Source: Paraspadella gotoi (lineage: Eukaryota; Animalia; Chaetognatha). From it: a stretch of DNA of 44,230 bases. This document shows, piece by piece, positions 1-13,948 of this stretch. The position numbers and the translations under genes were made by a program. Below the pieces are notes generated by a model. That model did no database searches. It had not been told where the DNA came from and saw only the letters and a program-made list of their open reading frames with translations. Position 1 is the first letter of the stretch. Each line of letters starts with the position of its first letter. Location: positions 1 to 44,230 of the forward strand of contig JBJCIZ010000560.1 in NCBI GenBank assembly GCA_051294375.1, written 5' to 3'.

Positions 1-2
1 AT

Positions 3-163
3 ATTCGCAACGACGATCGCGATAGACGTAATCGTGACAAATACCGTGTAGACAATACTTCTGATGAAGACAGTGGTGANNNNNNNNNNGAAGAAGAAGC
101 TGTCAGGCAATTTCTGAACGACTGGAGGAAAGCCAAAAAGGCAGCAAAGAAGAACCCTCCTCC
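3..163 (+). CDS. Probable gag C-terminal tail (partial): IRNDDRDRRNRDKYRVDNTSDEDSG...EEEAVRQFLNDWRKAKKAAKKNPP
   Basis: Open, charged low-complexity frame immediately upstream of the protease. Assignment is positional only and the region is interrupted by Ns. Confidence 0.5.
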
Positions 164-239
164 NNNNNNNNNNNNNNNNNNNNNNNNNNNNNNNNNNNNN
201 NNNNNNNNNNNNNNNNNNNNNNNNNNNNNNNNNNNNNNN

Positions 240-600
240 ACGTAAGACCTAAATGGAAAGCAGAGTTCATGATAAGAGTTGATGGGAAAAAAGTCGCCAC
301 TCTAGGCGATACTGGGTGTACTAAAAGTTGCATTAGCGAAGAATTCTTAAGAGANNNNNNNNNNATTAAAGATCGCAGCTTCCGCCCCTTTTCCTCTAAG
401 GGCAAAGCTATTAATGGAACTCGTGTTCTTACAGTTGGTATAGTTAATNNNNNNNNNNGAATAGACAATACTTACCTTAGAATGAACTGTAGAGTAGTCA
501 AAGGCTTAGTCCAGCCTATTATTCTAGGCTGGGACTTTTTCTGTAAATACTCAGCATCATTGTGCCCTTCTGAAGGACGACTCAGGTTTCTTGGAAACCA
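240..600 (+). CDS. pol: Retropepsin-type aspartic protease domain of pol
   Basis: Catalytic D-T-G in VATLGDTGCTKSCISEEF and the C-terminal IILGWDF motif typical of retroelement proteases. Confidence 0.93.
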
Positions 601-3600
601 GTCAGTCTCATTAATAGAGGATTCCCATCGCATCCTCATCTTAGTTTTCTGGAGCTTCTAGCCAAAGTGCCGAAAGACACGGTTTATCCGCGGCCTTATT
701 CCAAGATTCATCTTCGTGCCGAGACTTAGCTTGACAGTGACTTCATGCTTGCCACGAGCGACAAAACAATGGGTGTTCACTTGACGCCATTTTATAATCA
801 TGGAGGTTCATGTGTGGCTGTTAGAGCATGGGTTGTTCGGCTACGTTGATGAGGCAGATTCATGACTGGAACTCGCATCAATTGTCAAAGTCAGTAGATG
901 AAACTGAGGCTGAACATATTCCTTGGGTTACAGCCGATTTACGGATGGATGAGACGTTGACTTTTCTGTGGGAAAACTGATATGCTTCTGCTCTTACTCA
1001 AGTGGAGATTCCGCTCTACTGATCTGCTGCGAAAGAGAGCAAATCTGGAATCGAAAGGACACTTAGAAGAGGTTTGAGAGTGGATCTCCTCAGGAATTCT
1101 GTAAAAAGAAATGCAGAAGCTTCACCTAAGAGCCTTCACCCAAGAGGGAAGATAAATATGTCCCCAGGCCGCCAAAGAGTTGTCTATTGAATAAAGAGCA
1201 TGGGCTGAAGGAGGCTCTCCGCCTAAAAAAAGACAATGACTAAACACTCTTGGAGTTAAAGCAGAGAAAGCATTCTCTAAACATAATACAGGGATTATGG
1301 GAGCAAACTCTAATACATATACCGAGCTAATGGTCTCAAGATAAGAAGTATGCCTCACCCATGTGGCCTGTCGCCCCCATAACCGGACTAAGACCAGAGA
1401 TGCGTGATGTGGATAACAATGCAAGATTAGTTATAGATGATTAGCTGGACGAGACTTATTTAGTCATTCAAGACAGGCCCGATATTCAGCTCCTATTTGG
1501 TTAGTCAAGAATGAAGTCTGGTGGATTGGAGATTTCTCACCGATTTTAGAGAGAGTGAACGAAAGATGCCAAATAAGGTTGTCTACGTCACGTAGCCAAG
1601 GAATTGAAGACTCAATTCAGCGCCTCGACAACCCCGTAAAATCTTCACTTCTCTTGGACTAAACAAAAGGTTTTGGCAAATCCCCTAGATTTCACGCCGA
1701 CGAGTGTCCGCAAATTTTGCTTTCTCAGACGAATCGATTGCATTTGGAGTACAAGTTGCCCCAGATGGGGGGGGGCCGAAGAAAGGTTCCCCAAGCTGCC
1801 TTAAGCTGCACTGCATGCAGCTGCGTACTGCGTGGGTTGCCCCCCACAGAGGGATATGCATCAGCTTCATGGATGATATTTGGTTATGCAGACAGACAAC
1901 ATGGAGGATTCACCTCAAACACCATTGGATCAGTTGTCCTGACTGCCTTGGAAGGTGTGGGCTTAAAAGCTCAAACCCTTCAAAGTTGCAATGTGCGGCA
2001 AGGAGACTGTGGTATGCTTGACACATAAACTTTCGAGAACGGACTATAGCCCCAGGATCGCCTGCCAATGTGGAAAAAATATCCGTTCATGGAAAGCCCC
2101 GCTGAAGAACGTCAGATACGCCTTAAAACTTTCCTTTGCTTAAACGGGTGTACTACTCGCCATTACGTTAAGAAGTATTAGCAAGAAATTGCTCAGACCA
2201 TTCTCAGACCTACCCATGATGGTGTTGAGGATGTCTGTGGAAAGATGTACATCAAAAAGCCATTTGATAAACTCAGACATATTTTGATCTCAGAATGCAA
2301 ATCATGTCTCTTATCCATAATTTTGAAAAACCGCTTTTATTATTAAAGTGATGCCTCCTTCTGGCTGTTGGCTGATGTCTAAGCCGCAAGAAGATAAATG
2401 GAAGAAGAAAAGGTCATTTCTTATGGTTCAAAAGAAATTGTCAAAAGCCGTCAACAAAAACTGGGGTCCACCTATTGATCGCGATTTTTTTGCCATTTTG
2501 ATGTGCGCAGATTCGCGCTTACAATTCCTCATTATGAACAGCCACCATTGCTGATGGGATATAACAGACCAAGGCCACTTACTTTCTTTGGGGAAGAAAG
2601 GTAAGATCCAAGAAGGACGGCCTACTGGAAGAAGGACCAGATGGCTTACTCGAGCTTGTATTTCAATAGAATTCGAGCTTGAACATAAGACAAGGCAAAA
2701 TATACACTTCTGAAGCAGATGCTAGTATGAGTAGGAGAGGTGAAGAGATGAAGACCCTTTGCAGAGAAGTACGATATTGCGCACTAGAGTGAGTATATGA
2801 CAACGATTAGGGCCTCTTGTACATGGCATGTGGAGGATAGACGATAGATGCGAATCCTAATGCGGCTTGTCACGCTGTAATGCCGAAAGCTCTCGCCTAG
2901 AACAAGAAGGCAAGAAGCCGATTCCTATCATTTCGTTGAGTACGAATATGGAATTCGTCAGGAGAGAAGAAGCCACCAAATCATTTCCTGAAAAAGGTGT
3001 TTTGAGAAATTTCAACAGATTTCATATGGCTCAAAAGGCTGCTTTGAGCCCGCAAAGGCTTCAATAAAGGTAAATTCATTCTCCTGTGTGCCAATGTCTG
3101 TATACCCGACAGCTTGTACAAGAAGTTCTTTCAGGATTCTCATGGTTCTATGAATTGTCTGGACATGCCAAGCAATACCAGGATGCAAAGATAAAAGTAA
3201 AACGATATGCAATCTGGCGCCACTATTGCGAGATGTTTCAGAATTTCCAGACAATTGTGGCAATTTTGTGACAAATTACGAGAACCGCATACCACAGGTC
3301 AAAACAATGTTACAACCTATATTGCTGATAACGTGTTTGACCACGTGATCTGCGATTTTGGTGGGAACTGCGCAGTCTGCCCCTGGAAACTTCAAACACG
3401 TTTTGGTATTTTTTCAAAGATGTGTTTTTCTGGATATATCTAAATTGTTAGCAAACTGAAAATAACAAACAAAAATTCATTGGCATTGCGAAAGCGTTCG
3501 AGAATAAAGTCTGCATCTGCAGGCCCGCCTAAACGCTTGACATTCAAGATAATGGTGGAGAGTGTTCGCTCACATCTGAAGATGATGGACGCGGCGTTTA

Positions 3601-5072
3601 CACTTGAAGTCGATCTGCAATCTCAAATCAGACTACAAGTACATCATAGTGTTCCGCTTTACTGCACCGCACTAACTCTTAACGTCGCTCAATGTTGAAG
3701 GAAGAGCAAAACTCCGACTCTATATAAATGAACTCCCTTACCAAACGTCCCTCCTCAACCAGTATTCGTCGGCATACGTCTTGCGACCAGATCATTTGCC
3801 TTATGTCGAATCTGGATCTGTCACAACACTCACATATTCCCAATTGCAAAAAATGATATGCGTATCTTCCTTCTCATTTCCTTGTCTCTCGCTCTTCTTT
3901 GGAGCATCTATATACCATCATCCTCCTTTTCTGTCTCCTCAATTATCGCATTGGTGGCGAAGTTAAAGTTAAAACACGGGAACGCTCTTCTGAACGAGTA
4001 TGTCCAAAAATATGCGAAAAGAAGGTGGAACAAGTTAAAAGAAGAAGCCTTCATCAAAAGAGAAAGGAAGAGAAACAAAAGAAGGAGAGTACTACAATAG
4101 AAAGTGCGTAAAGACTCTCACTCTCTGTGCTATATGTTTTTGTTGATTAGTAGGGGTGTATTTCTGTAATATATAGTCACTCTCCTATATGACACATGTG
4201 CCCGCTACAATGTCATACACTTTTTCGCCTTATGGCCAAATCGCGCGCCAATGAGATCCCGTTGCAATTGTTGTCGACCAAAATTCACCCCGAGGGATTT
4301 TTCTCCTGGCCGAAACTGCGTGGGGGGGGGGGTGTTTAAGTAGGGCGGGGTTGCGCGGAGTGGAACGTCGTGCGTAAGACGCGCGTCTGACCCCAACGAG
4401 GTTTTATTTCCACGTCCGGAGGTTACTTTGTGCCTTCCTTCGATTTTGGACTGAGGCACTGGACGAGTTCTTGCTAAAATTCTATATTGTCCCATTAATA
4501 CCACTTACTACTAACCGTCTTTTACCCACTACGTGAAGGGGCCCATTGCGATTGGGCCACCTTGCGCCGGGGTCATTTCGCGGTGATCTTTTTTGAACTC
4601 CGAATCCGGAAGAAACTTTGGCGGCCCGGGAAAAGAGACGAATAGGCGTCGTCTTTGTCCGGACGAGAAAAAAAGATGGGCGAGGTCGCATTTCTTGCAG
4701 CTAGCGCCGGTCGGGCAAGCCCGCCCAGCACGCGGGCTTGTGCAAGAAAGAGCTCCCTTAAGCGGGGAGGTTTTCGCTCGGAAAATGGGGCGGCGCCCCC
4801 CGCAAAAGGTTGCCAGCAAGAATGGCGACGATGCCACCAGCCCGACCTGAGATAACCAGACTGTTTAAGATGAGCGACCCGTCCCGGCGGTCGACCTTTT
4901 CCGCCGACAACGCCGCGAGGTCTTCGGCCCGGCGCGCAAGTGGATTTCCTCAGCGTCTCAATTGATTGCGATCAGGTGAGGGTTAATAAGGGGCTTCTTG
5001 TGGGATCTTGGATGTATCTTTGGTCATTGTGTTTTATCTTCATAGAATTGTTTCACCGCCTGTTGGCCAGAT

Positions 5073-5083
5073 GAGAGAGAGAG

Positions 5084-5129
<46 letters not shown>

Positions 5130-5185
5130 GGAGAGGAGAGAGAGAGAGAGAGACAGAGAGATGAGACAAGAGAGAGATGAGAGAG
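5073..5185. repeat. Imperfect (GA)n microsatellite
   Basis: Direct reading. Confidence 0.95.
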
Positions 5186-6559
5186 CTATGGTCTACTCTT
5201 CTCCGGGAGCGGATTAGCGGAGACGCAGTCCTGCGGACGCAATATTCCTCCTTGAGAAGTGAGGCTGTGAGGCCGTAGGCCGTGAGGGTTTTAGAGTAAA
5301 GGAGTCTACAATCTTGTGATTTGTGAACTCGAAAACTCTAGTAGATTTTATAGTGGAAGACGCGGTGCCCTTCCCTTGATGGACTTCACGGCCCTCAAAT
5401 TGATTTGGGAATCGTGAATTTCTCTTTCCCGAGCGGGATTCTGATTAACGCCCAGTATACTCTTTCTTCCTTGAACATTTAAATTGTCTCACTTCCTCAT
5501 CTTAATTTTAATTAAATTCGTTTATTCATAGCTTAATTCTTCTCGTTTCTTTCCTTTATGCATTTTATATCTCTCTCGTTTGTTAACCCAAGATCTCCGT
5601 CAACTGACGTTCACTGACTAGCGAATCGACTTTCAAAAGGCGTCAGCGTGAACGTCGAAGCAGAAAGTCAACGACTCGAGGTCAAAAAAACATGAAATAA
5701 TGAAAAAATGGCGAGAAAAAGCCGCGTTAATCGAAGGTTCCAACGGGAGGTCAGAGGTCAAACGAAGGTCATATTTTTGGTCAACACCCGGGTCATATGA
5801 GAGAGAGGACGGAGATCCCTCAAGATCCATTTCACGACGGATCATAAAAAAAGGGGAGTTGAAGATTTTCGGGGGAAAGGCGCCGGTGTCTGAGTGCGAA
5901 AGGTCGGCTTGGCGGGACGCGCTGTCGGTCACTCTGGTCCGGCCGCGCTTGTCGGGCAAAGAAACAGTTCTCGCTTTTTCGCGTGTCATTAAAACAGAGA
6001 ATATACGTTGATGTGAAAGTATTCATCGTTTAATTTGTTTGCGGAGAGGGGGCCAGGGTCAGGAATGAAAGGGGAGGACGACGCACGAGTACTATAGATG
6101 AACCGTTAACGGACAACATGAATAATCGATGTCACGATACGTAGTAAGCCGGATTAACCACAATTGACTGCGCAGACTTTTTGTAATTTATAAAGACCAA
6201 GAGAAAGGACCGAGTTCATTTTAATATTATCTACGCGATGCTCTGATTGGTTGACAACAAAAAAGTTTTTAACCTGAATAAAAATGCATAACAGGGATAA
6301 CGGCAAAGTAAAGAAGAGAGAGAAAAAGAGCAGAAGCAGAGAAGAGATGAGAGTAGAGAGAGAGAGAGGAGAGAGAAAAGCACGAGCTCGAAGATGTTCC
6401 TAGTAAAGAGAGGGAGCAACGAACCACAAAAATTACGAGGAGAAAAGAGAAACCGTTTCTGGAAGCTCAGATGACGCTGCTGAGAGAGTTTTACTAAGTC
6501 CATCATCAAAATATTTGAGCGAGGCGGCAAGAACCGTTAGAGGAAGGAACGAAACAAAT

Positions 6560-6595
<36 letters not shown>

Positions 6596-7508
6596 TGACG
6601 ATGCACGCAAGTAGAGACGAGACGAAAACTGGAGGATGCTGGTAGAGCAGAGACCCGTTAGAGACGAAGAGACTGTGAACGAACAGAGCCAGCCGTTCAC
6701 GTAGCCGTTTGTGCTGGCAGGAACAAACACAATTGGTTCTAGAGAGTGCGAAATTAAACCGGTGACGAAAGAAAGATTATTTCAATTTTGATAGCAGTTT
6801 TCGATCTGGATAGTGCAAGAGGAAACTGGTGAGTAAGGTATTTATGTCTTTTGATAAAATCTTTTTGTGTTTATCCACGAATCGCTCGCCTTTACGGCGT
6901 TCACAAATTTCAGGTCACCCCTGTGACATTGTTAAATTTTGGGTGGCATCCCGGTAGACGATTCGAGGCTTAAGAAGAAGAGGAGACCATGACTCTTTGA
7001 AGGGAATTTACTTATCTGATCTGACAAATGTCTGCCTCCTTTACTCCTTCTTTTTCTCTGCACTCAAACAAAATGAAAACCAAGAATAAAAACAAACGAA
7101 GTCGGGCCGTCGGCGTCGCTGGATAAAGGACGCCGGGAAACCTGCGTCGAAAATGAGTCCCGGGAAATGAGGCGGAAAAAGCGCGGTTACCGGTGGTAAA
7201 ACTGTCCAGCCTTTCAATCGGCTCGCCGCCACTGGTTTTACGTTAATAATCGCGAAATTGAGAAAAGAAAAGGTTTTTCCGCGGCAAAGCGATGGAATGA
7301 CGGACGATGAACATGACAATTGTAAAAGAAAGATGGACCAACGATAACATGAAGTTTCCAGCTTAAGTTAATGAGGGGATCAATGACAAGAAGGACGAAA
7401 GAAGATAACGACAAAATGAAGATACAAGCAAATTTGGTTAGAATGGAAGAGATAAATTGAAAATCAACTTTAACTTGTTTAATAAAAAAGTTAAGAGCGC
7501 GAAACTTA

Positions 7509-7562
7509 CATGAACATGAACATGAACATGAACATGAACATGAACATGAACATGAACATGAA
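7509..7562. repeat. (CATGAA)n hexamer microsatellite, about 9 copies
   Basis: Direct reading; produces the SCSCSC run in ORF 7238-7606. Confidence 0.97.
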
Positions 7563-7719
7563 AATGATGCATGAAGCAGTTTTCCCACGGACAAGAAAAC
7601 AACCATCGATGAACGACGACGAAGAAAACCTAAAACGACGACATTTTTGACCGGAAATGGAAAAATAAATCAGCGAGGCGCCGACACAATTAGCCTCTGT
7701 TGTTATTTTTAAATTTCTG

Positions 7720-8250
7720 GAGAGAGAGAGAGAAAGAGAGAGAGAGCGAGAGAGAAGAGAAGAGAGATGAGAGAGAGAGAGAGAGAGAAGAGAGAGAGAG
7801 AAGAGAGAGAGGAGAGAGAGAGAGAGAGAAAGGCTGAATTAAATCATAGAAATGACTTTCAGGATTAATTCGTTAATCGATCAATTTGGAGGGTTCGTCG
7901 CCATCGTCATTTTCGGTCGTCGTCTTCGTCATCGTCTTCCATCATCTCGTCTCGTCATCCTCATTCTTTCCACGTGACCTCGTGTCACTTTCGGTTTATC
8001 GTGTTTGTATAAGAAAAAGGATCCGGCGTTCCGCTGCCTTTTTTATCCCTTTCTAAAAGAATAAGGAAACAAGAATAAAGGAAATAAAACGGTGGCGACC
8101 AAGGAGGGCAATTCTAAATATAAAGAAATTAAAAAAAAGTGAGCAGAAAAGGTCTCTCTCCTTCTCTCTCGTCTCCGCTCCTCTCTCTTCTCTCTCTGCT
8201 CTCTCTCGTCTCTTTCTTCTTCTCTCTCTCCTAGTCTCTCTCTCGCTCTC
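7720..8250. repeat. (GA)n tract (7720-7829) and complementary (CT)n tract (8152-8250)
   Basis: Direct reading; both tracts are imperfect. Confidence 0.9.
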
Positions 8251-9762
8251 TTGAACTATGCCCTGTCTGTTGTATTCCTTTACGAAATTAACCGCCTTTT
8301 TTTGCTTTATTTTTAGGGAAAAAAAGAAAAAAACTTTTTCTTTTTCTGGTTTATCCTTCGGGTTTTTTCTCTTGCAAAAAAAAGTCCGAACTTCTCTTTT
8401 TTTGTTCTTCGAATTCCGAATTTTCTTGAAGGAGTTGGTTGTTGTTGTCGTTGTTGTTATCTCAAATTGAAACTCTGCGGTCCTGCTTCATTTTTATATC
8501 CGCATTCCTCGTCCCGAAAAATGAGTCATGAAAAAGATCAAAAGGCCCACCTCCCCCCTATATCATTCAAACCGCCAACGTTTCTTACAATTCATCACAA
8601 TTCATCACGATTTATCTTTCCCTTCGAATCCGCAACAAATTTCGCTTCCCAACTTTTGCGTCGTCTGTGGCATCGGACGCCAGGGTCGCAGCGGGCGTCA
8701 TGCCAGCCGCAACGGTTCGATCCACCGGCCGGTGGCCTCTCTGATTCTGCGGCGCAGAAAATGGCCGAGGACCCCCCAATTTATTTCTACGGTTTTTAAA
8801 ATGACGCGGAAGAATGCGGAACGTCCCAAGGCGAAAAGGAGGGAGGGAGGGAGGGAGGGAGGAGTGAGGGGGGAAAATTGGTAAGAAGGGAGAAACGCGG
8901 ACTGAGAACAAGTAAGAAAAGAAAGGACGAAGTAGAAGTCTCGCTAACGAAGAAGGACGACAAAAAGCGATCGTTCAGAATTTAACAGAGGAAGGGTGCA
9001 GTCGTTCTGGAAGAAATGGTTGTTTAGCCTTTTTCCATGTGTTTTCCCGTAAAATAATAATTTAAGTTTCCTTTACATACTTTTGTTGTCCAAATTTATT
9101 GGATGCACTTTTATATCACTTCCTTGTAAATATTTTCTTGTTTTAAGGATTGAATCCTTTTCTAAAATCAAAGCGCAGGATTTGTCGTTGTGCAGTTCTT
9201 GTATGCGCCTTTTAATACCTTCTTTTCATTTCGTTCTTTTCATTGAAATAGCTTCGTCCGCGTCTTCCTTATGCGCCACCGCGCGCACACGCCGCCCATC
9301 GCCGCCCAGCGCGCCGCGCCACCGCCCCCCTTTTCCACCTACATTTCAACTCCAACGGGAGCTCCATTCAGCTGCCATTCAAGCTCTCAACGGGGCTCCC
9401 ACTCAGGCCACCGACGTCCGCCGTAGTTACAATCAGTTTTTCCTGCTTCTCAGCTATACATACTAACTATTTCACTTCCCACCCCACCCCTCTCTTTTCC
9501 CCGTCCACCTCCAAGCAACCCTCTCCCTCACTTTCACATTCGTCTCCTCTTCTTTCGGTCAAAAATCTTTTGCTCCGGATTTTTCCTAATCACTTTTTCT
9601 CTTTCTCCTCGGAAATCGAGATTTGGGAAAGGAAAAAGAAAGGGAGAAGGGATAGAATAGAATTAAGTGTCGGGGACTTTGGAGTCCCACGACGATAACT
9701 ACGAAAAGCAGAAATGAAGGTTTTTGAATCGGATATTTCGCCTCTGTCCACGTGGATCAAAA

Positions 9763-9912
9763 GTTCGTTCGTTCGTTCGTTTCGTTCGGTTCGGGTTTCG
9801 TTCCGTTCGTTCGTTCGTTCATTCGTTCGTTGCTTCCCTTCCTTAGTTCGTATTCGTTCGTTCGTTCGTTAGTTTCGTTCGTTTGTTCGTTTGGGTTCGT
9901 TCGTTCGTGTCG
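9763..9912. repeat. Imperfect (TTCG)n microsatellite
   Basis: Direct reading. Confidence 0.9.
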
Positions 9913-10182
9913 TTCCGATCCCCGTTGTTTCCTTGGTTTTTTGTCCGATCTGTTCCATCTCTTTTTTTAATTTAAATCCTTTTGCCCTAAAACAGAAAAA
10001 GCCAGCTAAAAAATGAGGTTAACTCATCGGCTGAAAAGGTTTTCGGGTCTCTTCAGGTTTCGGAGAATGCTTCGAATATCATCACCAAATTCCACAACCG
10101 ACGCTTTTTTTTTCCGCTTTTATCTTTTCAAAAATCTCCAATAAAAAAAAAAGGTTTAGGCGTTCGAAGAAAGTTTAAAAAC

Positions 10183-10290
10183 CTCTCTCCTCTTCTCTCT
10201 CCTCTTCTTCTTCTCTCTCTCTCTTCTCTCTCTCTCTCTTCTCTCTCCTCTCTCTCCTCTCTCTCTCTCTCTCTCCTCTTCCTCTCTCTC
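10183..10290. repeat. Imperfect (CT)n microsatellite
   Basis: Direct reading. Confidence 0.92.
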
Positions 10291-11776
10291 TCTTCAATCT
10301 TCGAGATGAAAAATTTTAAATCTTTTTTTTTTTGTTGGATTGGGGTCGTGAGGACGTCGAGGGGGGAGGGAGAGAGAAGCATCAAACGTTTGGAATTAAA
10401 GGCCTTGCCCCCCCCCCCCACAAAAAAAAACTCAATGGTTTTAAAAAAAAACGGAAAAAAAAAAAAAGGAGAAAAATGGGATTTTTTTAAAATCCGTTGG
10501 CGTCAATATGAACTCTGAACTTTTTGCGCGGTTTGCTCATCCTTATTTCTCATCTTTAAAAGGACTCACTACTCTACCCTGCTCCCACTTTTAACTCTTG
10601 CTTCCGCCTTCGGATATTTCCTACTCAATTCTTCCCCGCGCCAACATCCCTCTTTATTTCCCTTTCCCCCCCTTGCCAATTAACCCTTTCTGTTTTCGCT
10701 TGTTTCTCCCCATTCTCGATCGAACATTTATTTTTTTAAGGATCGAACTTTGCAGTAAGTTCCGGCTTGATACGACCCGATTCGTTCCTTGGATTTTCTT
10801 AAAGTTCTTCGGATCGGCGGGCCGAGTTCGTTGGGAACTTTGCTCATTTTGGTGAGGGACTTTTTTGTGAGTGGATTTTTATATTTTTGCGATCAGTGTC
10901 CTTCCTAAGAAATAATGCAATTATACTTTTTTATTTATTTAATTTACACGACTCCGTTGATTAATATTTTCACTAAATTAATAATTCAGACCACGACCGC
11001 TTTGTTCATATTCTTCCATGTCTTTGGCCTCAATTTTCCCCTTGAACTCAAAATCAAATAATTAAACTTTTTTAACTTTTCCTAAGAACTTACCCTGATT
11101 TATGTCTCCTTAACTTACTCTCATTTAACCAGAGGCAATGTCATTTCGCGGTCCTCATATTTCCGGGTTTTTCCTACGATCGTTTCCGAGACCCGACGAA
11201 TGACAAAAATCTCGGATTGGCATCTCGATGCCAATGCTCGGATGGCATGCCTTGAACATCTTCGTTTCCGATTCTCCATTTCGACTTTTCCGATTTTTCA
11301 TCTGGGGAAATTATTGTTTTTTTCCGGGGATTCGGCCGGTCTTCGCGTGTTTACCCCTTTATCTTTTTCGTCGTTGTTGGTTGTCGGTTTTGACGGCCTT
11401 TTAGGTAAAAACTGTAAACCAAATTTCATTACTATGCGCAGAATTTAATTTACCAATTGATTAATAAACGTGTATAAAGTTAAATGAAAACAAACAAATA
11501 CGCGAACCAAAAACAGTCGCGGTAGAATTGTCTCGCGTTTCTTTCTGTTGCATCTGAACGCGAAATCAAAGGTTTTTAATGAAAACAAAACGAGGCAAGT
11601 TTTTGTTATACGCGGATGACGATGACGAACCGAAACGGTGACAACGACGACGATGATGCTGAATGATGCAATTCCTTCGACTGTAACGACGCCAAGTCTC
11701 TTTTAAAAAAGCTGCCTTTAACGCCACTTTCTTTATGAAAGAAAGAAAACAAAAGGCGATTTAGCTCTAAATTCTG

Positions 11777-11873
11777 CTCTCTCTCTCTCTGTCGTCCTCT
11801 CTCTCTCATCTCATCTCTGCTCTCTCTCCTCTCTCTCATTCTCTCTCTCTCTCTCTCTCTTCTCCCTCTCTCT
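11777..11873. repeat. Imperfect (CT)n microsatellite
   Basis: Direct reading. Confidence 0.92.
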
Positions 11874-13408
11874 CGCCCTAAATATTTTTTAGAGGGCGTC
11901 GGGCCCTTTTTGTATTTTTCTTCTTAGAATATCCATAGATTAGACTAACTAAACTTTGTAAAAAGAGAGAACAAAATTTTTGTTCCTATTTTTTTTTTCT
12001 TTCTTCTTCTTTTTCACTCAAGGTCGCGTTTAGTATCCTAATACCGTAACGCGTGTGGGGATCCTAAAAAAAATTTCATTTTCTTTTCTGTTCTTTTCCA
12101 TTCTTTTCTGCCCCCTTTCCCTTTCTTTTCTGCCCATATTTCCTATTCTTTTCTGCCCCTTTTGCTTTCTTTCTTTCCGCTTCCCTTTTTTTTTTTCCAG
12201 TTAAAGTTCGTCTTTTTTTTTCTTTTTGTTCTTTCGGCTTTCTTGTCAACGATTATTTTAAATGGATCACATTCTTTGAAGAGGCGAAATGGAAATAAAC
12301 AGAAAACGTGGTGAAATAAAAGTTCTGACTGAATTGTAGTTTAAGTAACATGCGAAAAAGTTCATAAAAAAGAATAATATCAATTAGTTAAATGAATCAT
12401 TTAAAAAGTTTAAGAATAAACGCGGTTCAAATAGAGTAATATTGATCAGCATCGATTGTTAATAAAGTTCTACTGATTTAATCCGCGAGCGTAATTTTCC
12501 TTTGCCGGCTGTAAAGCACTTTGCTCCCTGAATATTATGGTCCCAAAGGAATTTGGGATCAATTACTTGATATTCGCTTATCAGGAGAATATAAGTAATT
12601 AAGCACCCAAATAATCATTACCGATTTTCATCCGGTTTGTATGGTTGCAGATACGATGGAGAGTGGGACATTCCTAACGGGAGGGGAGGGCTCGCGAAGC
12701 ACTCGTGTTGCCCATAAAAATATTTGGTCTTTCAATTAGGAAAAACAACAACAACAACACAACCAACAACAACAACCGCGACAAGGAAACTGACATTTAC
12801 TCAAGGTCAAGTTTCTGACCTTTAACAGACCCTTACCTTTTCAGCTAATTGACACCAACTACCAAAAAAAGCGTCCGCCGGCGGCCGCAGCCAAAATCTC
12901 GATTTTTTAAAGAGAGAATCGTCCAAGTCGGCGACACCCTCCCGAATCGACCCGCGAAGCCAAGAAAGCGCCTCCCACTTCCGGAAACGTTGTTCCGCGC
13001 CAGACGAAGACGAAAGGCGATGAGGGCCAAACTTTCAATCCTGCCACAACAAACAGATAGCGACACGGGCTTGGGGGGAGATATGCGGCGACACAACAAA
13101 CAACAACGCGCGACAAGAAACGGGCATTTAAGCAAGATAATAGTTTCTGAAAACTCTGAACCGACCTTACCTTTTTACTATTGTTTTAGGCGTTCTCCAT
13201 TATTTCTTACTTGACCATGTGTTTGTCTTTTACCTTATCCGTCGTGTTTGAAATGATTTTGATCATTACATGTCTTATAAGAAAACCGGAAAACAACTTC
13301 AATATTTTTCTCTCTAAAAATCCAAAAGTCAGATCCCAAAACCCGGTTCGGTCCGCGCGGACCGCAGAGGCAATGTCAAGTGCCTCGTGATGCGATTCGT
13401 TACATACA

Positions 13409-13440
<32 letters not shown>

Positions 13441-13948
13441 CGTAGATCGTCATTAAAACGCCCCTGTTATTTTTAGTCTATAAATCCTAAAGAAAATTCT
13501 CTTTCTTTTTTTTCTACTCTCTTTTTCATTGTTATTTTCTTCTCACCGTGTTTTGTCTCTCGTTTTATTTCGGGCTTGCCCCAATTTCTGACTCTTGGGG
13601 TCGGATCTTGTTTCTTTTTCGCTCCGCAGATCGAGGAAATTCGAGATTATTAATTTTTACGTAGACGACGAGGGGAGAAAGACGAATGACGACGACGATG
13701 ACGATTAACGGAGAGGATGAAGTGACATGAATTAGGAGGAGCGATAGAGATGATGATGATGATGATGACAAGACCGATCAAAGACGATGATTTCGATGTC
13801 GAGAGGATGACGAAGCGAGATGACGACGGAAGATGACGACGAAGATGACGACGACGAGGAAAAACGACTGCAGAAACGGAGATAACGACTACGTTGAAAG
13901 ACGATGACAAAACGAGGGACGAACGACGACGACGACGACGACGACGAC
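13409..13948. repeat. Trinucleotide repeat region: (GTC)n ~13409-13443, (GAT)n ~13748-13767, (GAC)n ~13923-13948
   Basis: Direct reading. Confidence 0.9.

Larger units (their letters stand above)
1..4121 (+). mobile_element. Ty3/Gypsy retrotransposon copy A: gag C-terminus, protease, RT, RNase H, integrase; heavily indel-corrupted after ~660
   Basis: Protease LGDTGCTKSCIS (ORF 269-661). RT remnants KGFWQIP (~1665-1685) and atcagcttcatggatgatattttggtt = S(F/Y)MDDILV (~1860-1886). RNase H remnants around 2330-2730. Integrase DNVFDHVICD (~3326-3356). PR-RT-RH-IN order is Ty3/Gypsy. Homology to the other copies ends at ~4121. Confidence 0.92.

Noticed and set aside
3-270. Programmed gag-pol -1 frameshift
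   Set aside because: The frames differ, but the junction lies inside an N run of uncertain length.
661-4121. Copies A and B as ancient decayed pseudogenes
   Set aside because: Damage is dominated by dense small insertions that switch abruptly to clean sequence at contig edges (e.g. before 660, after 17229), which fits unpolished long-read error better than age.
4205-4980. GC-rich ORFs and a possible exon ending at CAG|GTGAGG (~4975)
   Set aside because: No recognisable protein motif and the frames are inconsistent; may be a real host exon or promoter but cannot be supported.
8467-9466. GC-rich patches and ORFs 8467-8911 and 9083-9466 as host exons
   Set aside because: No family recognised and splice boundaries could not be fixed.
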